From Eledone cirrhosa (Eukaryota), in NCBI GenBank assembly GCA_964016885.1, contig OZ024759.1, forward strand, positions 2,046,001 to 2,110,000: 64,000 nt of DNA. The letters are read 5' to 3'. The stretch's first letter is position 1. Every line of letters starts with the position of its first letter. The notes beneath the pieces were generated by a model, which saw only the letters and a list, made by a program, of their open reading frames with translations, ran no database searches and had not been told where the DNA came from. Both the position numbers and the translations under genes were made by a program. This document shows, one piece after another, positions 33,201 to 50,500 of the stretch.

Positions 33201-36059
33201 AGTCTATATTAGTAACATGACAAAGTCTATATTAGTAGCATGACACAGTCTATATTAGCAACATGACAAAGTCTATATTAGTAACATGACACAGTCTATA
33301 TTAGTAACATGACACAGTCTATATTAGTAACATGACACAGTCTATATTAGTAACATGACAAAGTCTACATTAGTAACATGACAAAGTCTATATTAGTAAC
33401 ATGACAAGGTCTGTATTAGTAACATGACACAGTCTATATTAGTAGCATGACACAGTCTATATTAGTAACATGATGCAGTCTATATTAGTAACATGACAAA
33501 GTCTATATTAGTAACATGACAAAGTCTATATTAGTAAAATGACAAAGTCTATATTAGTAACATGACAAAGTCTTTATTAGTAACATGACAAAGTCTATAT
33601 TAGTAAAATGACAAAGTCTATATTAGTAACATGACAAAGTCTTTATTAGTAACATGACACAGTCTATATTAGTAACATGACACAGTCTATATTAGTAACA
33701 TGACAAAGTCTATATTAGTAACATGACACAGTCTATATTAGTAACATGACACAGTCTATATTAGTAACATGACACAGTCTATATTATTAACATGACAAAG
33801 TCTATATTAGTAACATGACACAGTCTATATTAGTAACATGAGACAGTCTATATTAGTAACATGACTAAGTCTATATTAGTAACATGACACAGTCTATATT
33901 AGTAACATGACACAGTCTATATTAGTAACATGACAAAGTCTATATTAGTTACATGACAAAGTCTATATTAGTAACATGACAAAGTCTATATTAGTAACAT
34001 GACACAGTCTATATTAGTAACATGACGAAGTCTATATTAGTAACATGACACAGTCTATATTAGTAACATGACACAGTCTATATTAGTAACATGAAAAAGT
34101 CTATATTAGTAACATGACAAAGTCTATATTAGTAACATGACAAAGTCTATATTAGTAACATGACAAAGTCTATATTAGTAGCATGACACAGTCTATATTA
34201 GCAACATGACAAAGTCTATATTAGTAACATGACACAGTCTATATTAGTAACATGACACAGTCTATATTAGTAACATGACACAGTCTATATTAGTAACATG
34301 ACAAAGTCTACATTAGTAACATGACAAAGTCTATATTAGTAACATGACAAGGTCTATATTAGTAACATGACACAGTCTATATTAGTAGCATGACACAGTC
34401 TATATTAGTAACATGATACAGTCTATATTAGTAACATGACAAAGTCTATATTAGTAACATGACACAGTCTATATTAGTAACATGACAGTCTATATTAGTA
34501 ACATGACAGTCTACATTAGTAACATGACACAGTCTATATTAGTAACATGACAAAGTCGATATTAGTAACATGACAATGTATATATTAGTAACATGACAAA
34601 GTCTATATTAGTAACATGACACAGTCTATATTACTAACATGACACAGTCTATATTAGTAACATGACAAAGTCTATATTAGTAACATGACAAAGTCTATAT
34701 TAGTAACATGACAAAGTCTATATTAGTAACATGACACAGTCTATATTAGTAACATGACACAGTTTATATTTGTAGCATGACACAGTCTATATTAGTAACA
34801 TGATACAGTCTATATTAGTAACATGACAAAGTATATATTAGTAATATGACAAAGTCTATATTAGTAAAATGACAAAGTCTATATTAGTAGCATGACAAAG
34901 TCTTTATTAGTAACATGACACAGTCTATATTAGTAACATGACACAGTCTATATTAGTAACATGACAAAGTCTATATTAGTAACATGACAAAGTCTATATT
35001 AGTAACATGACACAGTCTATATTAGTAACATGACACAGTCTATATTAGTAACATGACAAAGTCTATATTAGTAACATGACAAAGTCTATATTAGTAACAT
35101 GACACAGTCTATATTAGTAACATGACACAGTCTATATTAGTAACATGAGACAGTCTATATTAGTAGCATGACAAAGTCTATATTAGTAACATGACAGAGT
35201 CTACATTAGTAACATGACAAAGTCTATATTAGTAACATGACACAGTCTATATTAGTAACATGAGACAGTCTATATTAGTAACATGACAAAGTCTATATTA
35301 GTAACATGACACAGTCTATATTAGTAACATGACACAGTCTATATTAGTAACATGACAAAGTCTATATTAGTAACATGACAAAGTCTATATTAGTAACATG
35401 ACAAAGTCTATATTAGTAGCATGACACAGTCTATGTTAGCAACATGACAAAGTCTATATTAGTAACATGACACAGTCTATATTAGTAACATGACACAGTC
35501 TATATTAGTAACATGACACAGTCTATATTATTAACATGACAAAGTCTATATTAGTAACATGACACAGTCTATATTAGTAACATGAGACAGTCTATATTAG
35601 TAACATGACACAGTCTATATTAGTAACATGACACAGTCTATATTAGTAACATGACAAAGTCTATATTAGTTACATGACAAAGTCTATATTAGTAACATGA
35701 CAAAGTCTATATTAGTAACATGACACAGTCTATATTAGTAACATGACGAAGTCTATATTAGTAACATGACACAGTCTATATTAGTAACATGACACAGTCT
35801 ATATTAGTAACATGAAAAAGTCTATATTAGTAACATGACAAAGTATATATTAGTAACATGACAAAGTCTATATTAGTAACATGACAAAGTCTATATTAGT
35901 AGCATGACACAGTCTATATTAGCAACATGACAAAGTCTATATTAGTAACATGACACAGTCTATATTAGTAACATGACACAGTCTATATTAGTAACATGAC
36001 ACAGTCTATATTAGTAACATGACAAAGTCTACATTAGTAACATGACAAAGTCTATATTA

Positions 36060-39000
36060 GTAACATGACAAGGTCTATATTAGTAACATGACACAGTCTA
36101 TATTAGTAGCATGACACAGTCTATATTAGTAACATGATACAGTCTATATTAGTAACATGACAAAGTCTATATTAGTAACATGACAAAGTCCATATTAGTA
36201 AAATGACAAAGTCTATATTAGTAACATGACAAAGTCTTTATTAGTAACATGACACAGTCTATATTAGTAACATGACACAGTCTATATTAGTAACATGACA
36301 AAGTCTATATTAGTAGCATGACAAAGTCTATATTAGTAACATGACAAAGTCTATATTAGTAACATGACACAGTCTATATTAGTAACATGACAAAGTCTAT
36401 ATTAGTTACATGACAAAGTCTATATTAGTAACATGACACAGTCTATATTAGTAACATGACGAAGTCTATATTAGTAACATGACACAGTCTATATTAGTAA
36501 CATGACACAGTCTATATTAGTAACATGAAAAAGTCTATATTAGTAACATGACAAAGTCTATATTAGTAACATGACAAAGTCTATATTAGTAACATGACAA
36601 AGTCTATATTAGTAGCATGACACAGTCTATATTAGCAACATGACAAAGTCTATATTAGTAACATGACACAGTCTATATTAGTAACATGACACAGTCTATA
36701 TTAGTAACATGACACAGTCTATATTAGTAACATGACAAAGTCTACATTAGTAACATGACAAAGTCTATATTAGTAACATGACAAGGTCTGTATTAGTAAC
36801 ATGACACAGTCTATATTAGTAGCATGACACAGTCTATATTAGTAACATGATACAGTCTATATTAGTAACATGACAAAGTCTATATTAGTAACATGACAAA
36901 GTCTATATTAGTAAAATGACAAAGTCTATATTAGTAACATGACAAAGTCTTTATTAGTAACATGACAAAGTCTATATTAGTAAAATGACAAAGTCTATAT
37001 TAGTAACATGACAAAGTCTTTATTAGTAACATGACACAGTCTATATTAGTAACATGACACAGTCTATATTAGTAACATGACAAAGTCTATATTAGTAACA
37101 TGACACAGTCTATATTAGTAACATGACACAGTCTATATTAGTAACATGACACAGTCTATATTATTAACATGACAAAGTCTATATTAGTAACATGACACAG
37201 TCTATATTAGTAACATGAGACAGTCTATATTAGTAACATGACTAAGTCTATATTAGTAATATGACACAGTCTATATTAGTAACATGACACAGTCTATATT
37301 AGTAACATGACAAAGTCTATATTAGTTACATGACAAAGTCTATATTAGTAACATGACAAAGTCTATATTAGTAACATGACACAGTCTATATTAGTAACAT
37401 GACGAAGTCTATATTAGTAACATGACACAGTCTATATTAGTAACATGACACAGTCTATATTAGTAACATGAAAAAGTCTATATTAGTAACATGACAAAGT
37501 CTATATTAGTAACATGACAAAGTCTATATTAGTAACATGACAAAGTCTATATTAGTAGCATGACACAGTCTATATTAGCCACATGACAAAGTCTATATTA
37601 GTAACATGACACAGTCTATATTAGTAACATGACACAGTCTATATTAGTAACATGACACAGTCTATATTAGTAACATGACAAAGTCTACATTAGTAACATG
37701 ACAAAGTCTATATTAGTAACATGACAAGGTCTATATTAGTAACATGACACAGTCTATATTAGTAGCATGACACAGTCTATATTAGTAACATGATACAGTC
37801 TATATTAGTAACATGACAAAGTCTATATTAGTAACATGACACAGTCTATATTAGTAACATGACAGTCTATATTAGTAACATGACAGTCTACATTAGTAAC
37901 ATGACACAGTCTATATTAGTAACATGACAAAGTCGATATTAGTAACATGACAATGTCTATATTAGTAACATGACAAAGTCTATATTAGTAACATGACACA
38001 GTCTATATTACTAACATGACACAGTCTATATTAGTAACATGACAATGTCTATATTAGTAACATGACAAAGTCTATATTAGTAACATGACAAAGTCTATAT
38101 TAGTAACATGACACAGTCTATATTAGTAACATGACACAGTCTATATTAGTAGCATGACACAGTCTATATTAGTAACATGATACAGTCTATATTAGTAACA
38201 TGACAAAGTCTATATTAGTAATATGACAAAGTCTATATTAGTAAAATGACAAAGTCTATATTAGTAGCATGACAAAGTCTTTATTAGTAACATGACACAG
38301 TCTATATTAGTAACATGACACAGTCTATATTAGTAACATGACAAAGTCTATATTAGTAACATGACAAAGTCTATATTAGTAACATGACACAGTCTATATT
38401 AGTAACATGACACAGTCTATATTAGTAACATGACAAAGTCTATATTAGTAACATGACAAAGTCTATATTAGTAACATGACACAGTCTATATTAGTAACAT
38501 GACACAGTCTATATTAGTAACATGAGACAGTCTATATTAGTAGCATGACAAAGTCTATATTAGTAACATGACAGTCTACATTAGTAACATGACAAAGTCT
38601 ATATTAGTAACATGACACAGTCTATATTAGTAACATGAGACAGTCTATATTAGTAACATGACAAAGTCTATATTAGTAACATGACACAGTCTATATTAGT
38701 AACATGACACAGTCTATATTAGTAACATGACAAAGTCTATATTAGTAACATGACAAAGTCTATATTAGTAACATGACAAAGTCTATATTAGTAACATGAC
38801 ACAGTCTATACTAGTAACATGACACAGTCTATATTAGTAACATGACAAAGTCTATATTAGTAACATGACAAAGTCTATATTAGTAACATGACACAGTCTA
38901 TATTAGTAACATGACACAGTCTATATTAGTAACATGACAAAGTCTATATTAGTTACATGACAAAGTCTATATTAGTAACATGACAAAGTCTATATTAGTA

Positions 39001-42000
39001 ACATGACACAGTCTATATTAGTAACATGACGAAGTCTATATTAGTAACATGACACAGTCTATATTAGTAACATGACACAGTCTATATTAGTAACATGAAA
39101 AAGTCTATATTAGTAACATGACACAGTCTATATTAGTAACATGACAAAGTCTACATTAGTAACATGACACAGTCTATATTAGTAACATGACAAGGTCTGT
39201 ATTAGTAACATGACACAGTCTATATTAGTAGCATGACACAGTCTATATTAGTAACATATACAGTCTATATTAGTAACATGACAAAGTCTATATTAGTAGC
39301 ATGACACAGTCTATATTAGTAATATGATACAGTCTATATTAGTAACATGACAAAGTCTATATTAGTAACATGACAAAGTCTATATTAGTAAAATGACAAA
39401 GTCTATATTAGTAACATGACAAAGTCTTTATTAGTAACATGACACAGTCTATATTAGTAACATGACACAGTCTATATTAGTAACATGACAAAGTCTATAT
39501 TAGTAGCATGACAAAGTCTATATTAGTAACATGACAAAGTCTATATTAGTAACATGACACAGTCTATATTAGTAACATGACAAAGTCTATATTAGTTACA
39601 TGACAAAGTCTATATTAGTAACATGACACAGTCTATATTAGTAACATGACAAAGTCTATATTAGTAACATGACACAGTCTATATTAGTAACATGACACAG
39701 TCTATATTAGTAACATGACACAGTCTATATTAGTAACATGACAAAGTCTATATTAGTAACATGACAATGTCTATATTAGTAGCATGACAAAGTCTGTATT
39801 AGTAACATGACAAAGTCTATATTAGTAACATGACAAAGTCTGTATTAGTAACATGACAAAGTCTATATTAGTAACATGACACAGTCTATATTAGTAACAT
39901 GACAAAGTCTATATTAGTAGCATGACAAAGTCTATATTAGTAACATGACAAAGTCTATATTAGTAACATGACAAAGTCTATATTAGTAACATGACAAAGT
40001 CTATATTAGTAACATGACAAAGTCTATATTAGTAACATGACAAAGTCTATATTAGTAACATGACACAGTCTATATTAGTAACATGACAGTCTATATTAGT
40101 AACATGACAGTCTACATTAGTAACATGACACAGTCCATATTAGTAACATGACAAAGTCGATATTAGTAACATGACAATGTCTATATTAGTAACATGACAA
40201 AGTCTATATTAGTAACATGACAGTCTATATTACTAACATGACAAGGTCTATATTAGTAACATGACACAGTCTATATTAGTAGCATGACACAGTCTATATT
40301 AGTAACATGATACAGTCTATATTAGTAACATGACAAAGTCTATATTAGTAACATGACAAAGTCTATATTAGTAAAATGACAAAGTCTATATTAGTAACAT
40401 GACAAAGTCTTTATTAGTAACATGACACAGTCTATATTAGTAACATGACACAGTCTATATTAGTAACATGACAAAGTCTATATTAGTAGCATGACAAAGT
40501 CTATATTAGTAACATGACAAAGTCTATATTAGTAACATGACACAGTCTATATTAGTAACATGACAAAGTCTATATTAGTTACATGACAAAGTCTATATTA
40601 GTAACATGACACAGTCTATATTAGTAACATGACGAAGTCTATATTAGTAACATGACACAGTCTATATTAGTAACATGACACAGTCTATATTAGTAACATG
40701 AAAAAGTCTATATTAGTAACATGACAAAGTCTATATTAGTAACATGACAAAGTCTATATTAGTAACATGACAAAGTCTATATTAGTAGCATGACACAGTC
40801 TATATTAGCAACATGACAAAGTCTATATTAGTAACATGACACAGTCTATATTAGTAACATGACACAGTCTATATTAGTAACATGACACAGTCTATATTAG
40901 TAACATGACAAAGTCTACATTAGTAACATGACAAAGTCTATATTAGTAACATGACAAGGTCTGTATTAGTAACATGACACAGTCTATATTAGTAGCATGA
41001 CACAGTCTATATTAGTAACATGATACAGTCTATATTAGTAACATGACAAAGTCTATATTAGTAACATGACAAAGTCTATATTAGTAAAATGACAAAGTCT
41101 ATATTAGTAACATGACAAAGCCTTTATTAGTAACATGACAAAGTCTATATTAGTAAAATGACAAAGTCTATATTAGTAACATGACAAAGTCTTTATTAGT
41201 AACATGACACAGTCTATATTAGTAACATGACACAGTCTATATTAGTAACATGACAAAGTCTATATTAGTAACATGACACAGTCTATATTAGTAACATGAC
41301 ACAGTCTATATTAGTAACATGACACAGTCTATATTATTAACATGACAAAGTCTATATTAGTAACATGACACAGTCTATATTAGTAACATGAGACAGTCTA
41401 TATTAGTAACATGACTAAGTCTATATTAGTAATATGACACAGTCTATATTAGTAACATGACACAGTCTATATTAGTAACATGACAAAGTCTATATTAGTT
41501 ACATGACAAAGTCTATATTAGTAACATGACAAAGTCTATATTAGTAACATGACACAGTCTATATTAGTAACATGACGAAGTCTATATTAGTAACATGACA
41601 CAGTCTATATTAGTAACATGACACAGTCTATATTAGTAACATGAAAAAGTCTATATTAGTAACATGACAAAGTCTATATTAGTAACATGACAAAGTCTAT
41701 ATTAGTAACATGACAAAGTCTATATTAGTAGCATGACACAGTCTATATTAGCCACATGACAAAGTCTATATTAGTAACATGACACAGTCTATATTAGTAA
41801 CATGACACAGTCTATATTAGTAACATGACACAGTCTATATTAGTAACATGACAAAGTCTACATTAGTAACATGACAAAGTCTATATTAGTAACATGACAA
41901 GGTCTATATTAGTAACATGACACAGTCTATATTAGTAGCATGACACAGTCTATATTAGTAACATGATACAGTCTATATTAGTAACATGACAAAGTCTATA

Positions 42001-45000
42001 TTAGTAACATGACACAGTCTATATTAGTAACATGACAGTCTATATTAGTAACATGACAGTCTACATTAGTAACATGACACAGTCTATATTAGTAACATGA
42101 CAAAGTCGATATTAGTAACATGACAATGTCTATATTAGTAACATGACAAAGTCTATATTAGTAACATGACACAGTCTATATTACTAACATGACACAGTCT
42201 ATATTAGTAACATGACAATGTCTATATTAGTAACATGACAAAGTCTATATTAGTAACATGACAAAGTCTATATTAGTAACATGACACAGTCTATATTAGT
42301 AACATGACACAGTCTATATTAGTAGCATGACACAGTCTATATTAGTAACATGATACAGTCTATATTAGTAACATGACAAAGTCTATATTAGTAATATGAC
42401 AAAGTCTATATTAGTAAAATGACAAAGTCTATATTAGTAGCATGACAAAGTCTTTATTAGTAACATGACACAGTCTATATTAGTAACATGACACAGTCTA
42501 TATTAGTAACATGACAAAGTCTATATTAGTAACATGACAAAGTCTATATTAGTAACATGACACAGTCTATATTAGTAACATGACACAGTCTATATTAGTA
42601 ACATGACAAAGTCTATATTAGTAACATGACAAAGTCTATATTAGTAACATGACAAAGTCTATATTAGTAACATGACAAAGTCTATATTAGTAACATGACA
42701 AAGTCTATATTAGTAACATGACACAGTCTATACTAGTAACATGACACAGTCTATATTAGTAACATGACAAAGTCTATATTAGTAACATGACAAAGTCTAT
42801 ATTAGTAACATGACACAGTCTATATTAGTAACATGACACAGTCTATATTAGTAACATGACAAAGTCTATATTAGTTACATGACAAAGTCTATATTAGTAA
42901 CATGACAAAGTCTATATTAGTAACATGACACAGTCTATATTAGTAACATGACGAAGTCTATATTAGTAACATGACACAGTCTATATTAGTAACATGACAC
43001 AGTCTATATTAGTAACATGAAAAAGTCTATATTAGTAACATGACACAGTCTATATTAGTAACATGACAAAGTCTACATTAGTAACATGACACAGTCTATA
43101 TTAGTAACATGACAAGGTCTGTATTAGTAACATGACACAGTCTATATTAGTAGCATGACACAGTCTATATTAGTAACATGATACAGTCTATATTAGTAAC
43201 ATGACAAAGTCTATATTAGTAGCATGACACAGTCTATATTAGTAATATGATACAGTCTATATTAGTAACATGACAAAGTCTATATTAGTAACATGACAAA
43301 GTCTATATTAGTAAAATGACAAAGTCTATATTAGTAACATGACAAAGTCTTTATTAGTAACATGACACAGTCTATATTAGTAACATGACACAGTCTATAT
43401 TAGTAACATGACAAAGTCTATATTAGTAGCATGACAAAGTCTATATTAGTAACATGACAAAGTCTATATTAGTAACATGACACAGTCTATATTAGTAACA
43501 TGACAAAGTCTATATTAGTTACATGACAAAGTCTATATTAGTAACATGACACAGTCTATATTAGTAACATGACAAAGTCTATATTAGTAACATGACACAG
43601 TCTATATTAGTAACATGACACAGTCTATATTAGTAACATGACACAGTCTATATTAGTAACATGACAAAGTCTATATTAGTAACATGACAATGTCTATATT
43701 AGTAGCATGACAAAGTCTGTATTAGTAACATGACAAAGTCTATATTAGTAACATGACAAAGTCTGTATTAGTAACATGACAAAGTCTATATTAGTAACAT
43801 GACACAGTCTATATTAGTAACATGACAAAGTCTATATTAGTAGCATGACAAAGTCTATATTAGTAACATGACAAAGTCTATATTAGTAACATGACAAAGT
43901 CTATATTAGTAACATGACAAAGTCTATATTAGTAACATGACAAAGTCTATATTAGTAACATGACAAAGTCTATATTAGTAACATGACACAGTCTATATTA
44001 GTAACATGACAGTCTATATTAGTAACATGACAGTCTACATTAGTAACATGACACAGTCCATATTAGTAACATGACAAAGTCGATATTAGTAACATGACAA
44101 TGTCTATATTAGTAACATGACAAAGTCTATATTAGTAACATGACAGTCTATATTACTAACATGACAAGGTCTATATTAGTAACATGACACAGTCTATATT
44201 AGTAGCATGACACAGTCTATATTAGTAACATGATACAGTCTATATTAGTAACATGACAAAGTCTATATTAGTAACATGACAAAGTCTATATTAGTAAAAT
44301 GACAAAGTCTATATTAGTAACATGACAACGTCTTTATTAGTAACATGACACAGTCTATATTAGTAACATGACACAGTCTATATTAGTAACATGACAAAGT
44401 CTATATTAGTAGCATGACAAAGTCTATATTAGTAACATGACAAAGTCTATATTAGTAACATGACACAGTCTATATTAGTAACATGACAAAGTCTATATTA
44501 GTTACATGACAAAGTCTATATTAGTAACATGACACAGTCTATATTAGTAACATGACGAAGTCTATATTAGTAACATGACACAGTCTATATTAGTAACATG
44601 ACACAGTCTATATTAGTAACATGAAAAAGTCTATATTAGTAACATGACAAAGTCTATATTAGTAACATGACAAAGTCTATATTAGTAACATGACAAAGTC
44701 TATATTAGTAGCATGACACAGTCTATATTAGCAACATGACAAAGTCTATATTAGTAACATGACACAGTCTATATTAGTAACATGACACAGTCTATATTAG
44801 TAACATGACACAGTCTATATTAGTAACATGACAAAGTCTACATTAGTAACATGACAAAGTCTATATTAGTAACATGACAAGGTCTGTATTAGTAACATGA
44901 CACAGTCTATATTAGTAGCATGACACAGTCTATATTAGTAACATGATACAGTCTATATTAGTAACATGACAAAGTCTATATTAGTAACATGACAAAGTCT

Positions 45001-47580
45001 ATATTAGTAAAATGACAAAGTCTATATTAGTAACATGACAAAGTCTTTATTAGTAACATGACAAAGTCTATATTAGTAAAATGACAAAGTCTATATTAGT
45101 AACATGACAAAGTCTTTATTAGTAACATGACACAGTCTATATTAGTAACATGACACAGTCTATATTAGTAACATGACAAAGTCTATATTAGTAACATGAC
45201 ACAGTCTATATTAGTAACATGACACAGTCTATATTAGTAACATGACACAGTCTATATTATTAACATGACAAAGTCTATATTAGTAACATGACACAGTCTA
45301 TATTAGTAACATGAGACAGTCTATATTAGTAACATGACTAAGTCTATATTAGTAATATGACACAGTCTATATTAGTAACATGACACAGTCTATATTAGTA
45401 ACATGACAAAGTCTATATTAGTTACATGACAAAGTCTATATTAGTAACATGACAAAGTCTATATTAGTAACATGACACAGTCTATATTAGTAACATGACG
45501 AAGTCTATATTAGTAACATGACACAGTCTATATTAGTAACATGACACAGTCTATATTAGTAACATGAAAAAGTCTATATTAGTAACATGACAAAGTCTAT
45601 ATTAGTAACATGACAAAGTCTATATTAGTAACATGACAAAGTCTATATTAGTAGCATGACACAGTCTATATTAGCCACATGACAAAGTCTATATTAGTAA
45701 CATGACACAGTCTATATTAGTAACATGACACAGTCTATATTAGTAACATGACACAGTCTATATTAGTAACATGACAAAGTCTACATTAGTAACATGACAA
45801 AGTCTATATTAGTAACATGACAAGGTCTATATTAGTAACATGACACAGTCTATATTAGTAGCATGACACAGTCTATATTAGTAACATGATACAGTCTATA
45901 TTAGTAACATGACAAAGTCTATATTAGTAACATGACACAGTCTATATTAGTAACATGACAGTCTATATTAGTAACATGACAGTCTACATTAGTAACATGA
46001 CACAGTCTATATTAGTAACATGACAAAGTCGATATTAGTAACATGACAATGTCTATATTAGTAACATGACAAAGTCTATATTAGTAACATGACACAGTCT
46101 ATATTACTAACATGACACAGTCTATATTAGTAACATGACAATGTCTATATTAGTAACATGACAAAGTCTATATTAGTAACATGACAAAGTCTATATTAGT
46201 AACATGACACAGTCTATATTAGTAACATGACACAGTCTATATTAGTAGCATGACACAGTCTATATTAGTAACATGATACAGTTTATATTAGTAACATGAC
46301 AAAGTCTATATTAGTAATATGACAAAGTCTATATTAGTAAAATGACAAAGTCTATATTAGTAGCATGACAAAGTCTTTATTAGTAACATGACACAGTCTA
46401 TATTAGTAACATGACACAGTCTATATTAGTAACATGACAAAGTCTATATTAGTAACATGACAAAGTCTATATTAGTAACATGACACAGTCTATATTAGTA
46501 ACATGACACAGTCTATATTAGTAACATGACAAAGTCTATATTAGTAACATGACAAAGTCTATATTAGTAACATGACACAGTCTATATTAGTAACATGACA
46601 CAGTCTATATTAGTAACATGAGACAGTCTATATTAGTAGCATGACAAAGTCTATATTAGTAACATGACAGTCTACATTAGTAACATGACAAAGTCTATAT
46701 TAGTAACATGACACAGTCTATATTAGTAACATGAGACAGTCTATATTAGTAACATGACAAAGTCTATATTAGTAACATGACACAGTCTATATTAGTAACA
46801 TGACACAGTCTATATTAGTAACATGACAAAGTCTATATTAGTAACATGACAAAGTCTATATAAGTAACATGACAAAGTCTATATTAGTAACATGACACAG
46901 TCTATACTAGTAACATGACACAGTCTATATTAGTAACATGACAAAGTCTATATTAGTAACATGACAAAGTCTATATTAGTAACATGACACAGTCTATATT
47001 AGTAACATGACACAGTCTATATTAGTAACATGACAAAGTCTATATTAGTTACATGACAAAGTCTATATTAGTAACATGACAAAGTCTATATTAGTAACAT
47101 GACACAGTCTATATTAGTAACATGACGAAGTCTATATTAGTAACATGACACAGTCTATATTAGTAACATGACACAGTCTATATTAGTAACATGAAAAAGT
47201 CTATATTAGTAACATGACACAGTCTATATTAGTAACATGACAAAGTCTACATTAGTAACATGACACAGTCTATATTAGTAACATGACAAGGTCTGTATTA
47301 GTAACATGACACAGTCTATATTAGTAGCATGACACAGTCTATATTAGTAACATGATACAGTCTATATTAGTAACATGACAAAGTCTATATTAGTAGCATG
47401 ACACAGTCTATATTAGTAATATGATACAGTCTATATTAGTAACATGACAAAGTCTATATTAGTAACATGACAAAGTCTATATTAGTAAAATGACAAAGTC
47501 TATATTAGTAACATGACAAAGTCTTTATTAGTAACATGACACAGTCTATATTAGTAACATGACACAGTCTATATTAGTAA
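36060..47580. repeat. Triplicated ~4-kb block (periods 4173 and 3923 bp)
   Basis: The private variant ttagCCacatg is seen only at 37578, 41751 and 45674. Each copy also has the gactaag unit followed by aaTatgacac (~37260, ~41430, ~45355). 4173=182x23-13; 3923=171x23-10. Confidence 0.88.
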
Positions 47581-50500
47581 CATGACAAAGTCTATATTAG
47601 TAACATGACAAAGTCTATATTAGTAACATGACAAAGTCTATATTAGTAAAATGACAAAGTCTATATTAGTAACATGACAAAGTCTTTATTAGTAACATGA
47701 CACAGTCTATATTAGTAACATGACACAGTCTATATTAGTAACATGACAAAGTCTATATTAGTAACATGACACAGTCTATATTAGTAACATGACACAGTCT
47801 ATATTAGTAACATGACACAGTCTATATTAGTAACATGACAAAGTCTATATTAGTAACATGACAATGTCTATATTAGTAGCATGACAAAGTCTGTATTAGT
47901 AACATGACAAAGTCTATATTAGTAACATGACAAAGTCTGTATTAGTAACATGACAAAGTCTATATTAGTAACATGACACAGTCTATATTAGTAACATGAC
48001 AAAGTCTATATTAGTAGCATGACAAAGTCTATATTAGTAACATGACAAAGTCTATATTAGTAACATGACAAAGTCTATATTAGTAACATGACAAAGTCTA
48101 TATTAGTAACATGACAAAGTCTATATTAGTAACATGACAAAGTCTATATTAGTAACATGACACAGTCTATATTAGTAACATGACAGTCTATATTAGTAAC
48201 ATGACAGTCTACATTAGTAACATGACACAGTCCATATTAGTAACATGACAAAGTCGATATTAGTAACATGACAATGTCTATATTAGTAACATGACAAAGT
48301 CTATATTAGTAACATGACAGTCTATATTACTAACATGACACAGTCTATATTAGTAACATGACACAGTCTATATTAGTAACATGACAAAGTCTATATTAGT
48401 AACATGACAAAGTCTATATTAGTAACATGACAAAGTCTATATTAGTAACATGACACAGTCTATATTAGTAACATGACACAGTCTATATTAGTAGCATGAC
48501 ACAGTCCATATTAGTAACATGATACAGTCTATATTAGTAACATGACAAAGTCTATATTAGTAACATGACAAAGTCTATATTAGTAACATGACAAAGTCTA
48601 TATTAGTAACATGACACAGTCTATATTAGTAACATGACACAGTCTATATTAGTAACATGACAAAGTCTATATTAGTAACATGACAAAGTCTATATTAGTA
48701 ACATGACAAAGTCTATATTAGTAACATGACACAGTCTATACTAGTAACATGACACAGTCTATATTAGTAACATGACAAAGTCTATATTAGTAACATGACA
48801 AAGTCTATATTAGTAACATGACACAGTCTATATTAGTAACATGACACAGTCTATATTAGTAACATGACAAAGTCTATATTAGTTACATGACAAAGTCTAT
48901 ATTAGTAACATGACAAAGTCTATATTAGTAACATGACACAGTCTATATTAGTAACATGACGAAGTCTATATTAGTAACATGACACAGTCTATATTAGTAA
49001 CATGACACAGTCTATATTAGTAACATGAAAAAGTCTATATTAGTAACATGACACAGTCTATATTAGTAACATGACAAAGTCTACATTAGTAACATGACAA
49101 AGTCTATATTAGTAACATGACACAGTCTACATTAGTAACATGACAAAGTCTATATTAGTAACATGACACAGTCTATATTAGTAACATGAGACAGTCTATA
49201 TTAGTAACATGACAAAGTCTATATTAGTAACATGACACAGTCTATATTAGTAACATGACACAGTCTATATTAGTAACATGACAAAGTCTATATTAGTAAC
49301 ATGACAAAGTCTATATTAGTAACATGACAAAGTCTATATTAGTAACATGACACAGTCTATACTAGTAACATGACACAGTCTATATTAGTAACATGACAAA
49401 GTCTATATTAGTAACATGACAAAGTCTATATTAGTAACATGACACAGTCTATATTAGTAACATGACACAGTCTATATTAGTAACATGACAAAGTCTATAT
49501 TAGTTACATGACAAAGTCTATATTAGTAACATGACAAAGTCTATATTAGTAACATGACACAGTCTATATTAGTAACATGACGAAGTCTATATTAGTAACA
49601 TGACACAGTCTATATTAGTAACATGACACAGTCTATATTAGTAACATGAAAAAGTCTATATTAGTAACATGACACAGTCTATATTAGTAACATGACAAAG
49701 TCTACATTAGTAACATGACACAGTCTATATTAGTAACATGATACAGTCTATATTAGTAACATGACAAAGTCTATATTAGTAACATGACAAAGTCTATATT
49801 AGTAAAATGACAAAGTCTATATTAGTAACATGACAAAGTCTTTATTAGTAACATGACACAGTCTATATTAGTAACATGACACAGTCTATATTAGTAACAT
49901 GACAAAGTCTATATTAGTAACATGACAAAGTCTATATTAGTAACATGACAAAGTCTATATTAGTAAAATGACAAAGTCTATATTAGTAACATGACAAAGT
50001 CTTTATTAGTAACATGACACAGTCTATATTAGTAACATGACACAGTCTATATTAGTAACATGACAAAGTCTATATTAGTAACATGACACAGTCTATATTA
50101 GTAACATGACACAGTCTATATTAGTAACATGACACAGTCTATATTAGTAACATGACAAAGTCTATATTAGTAACATGACAATGTCTATATTAGTAGCATG
50201 ACAAAGTCTGTATTAGTAACATGACAAAGTCTATATTAGTAACATGACAAAGTCTGTATTAGTAACATGACAAAGTCTATATTAGTAACATGACACAGTC
50301 TATATTAGTAACATGACAAAGTCTATATTAGTAGCATGACAAAGTCTATATTAGTAACATGACAAAGTCTATATTAGTAACATGACAAAGTCTATATTAG
50401 TAACATGACAAAGTCTATATTAGTAACATGACAAAGTCTATATTAGTAACATGACAAAGTCTATATTAGTAACATGACACAGTCTATATTAGTAACATGA

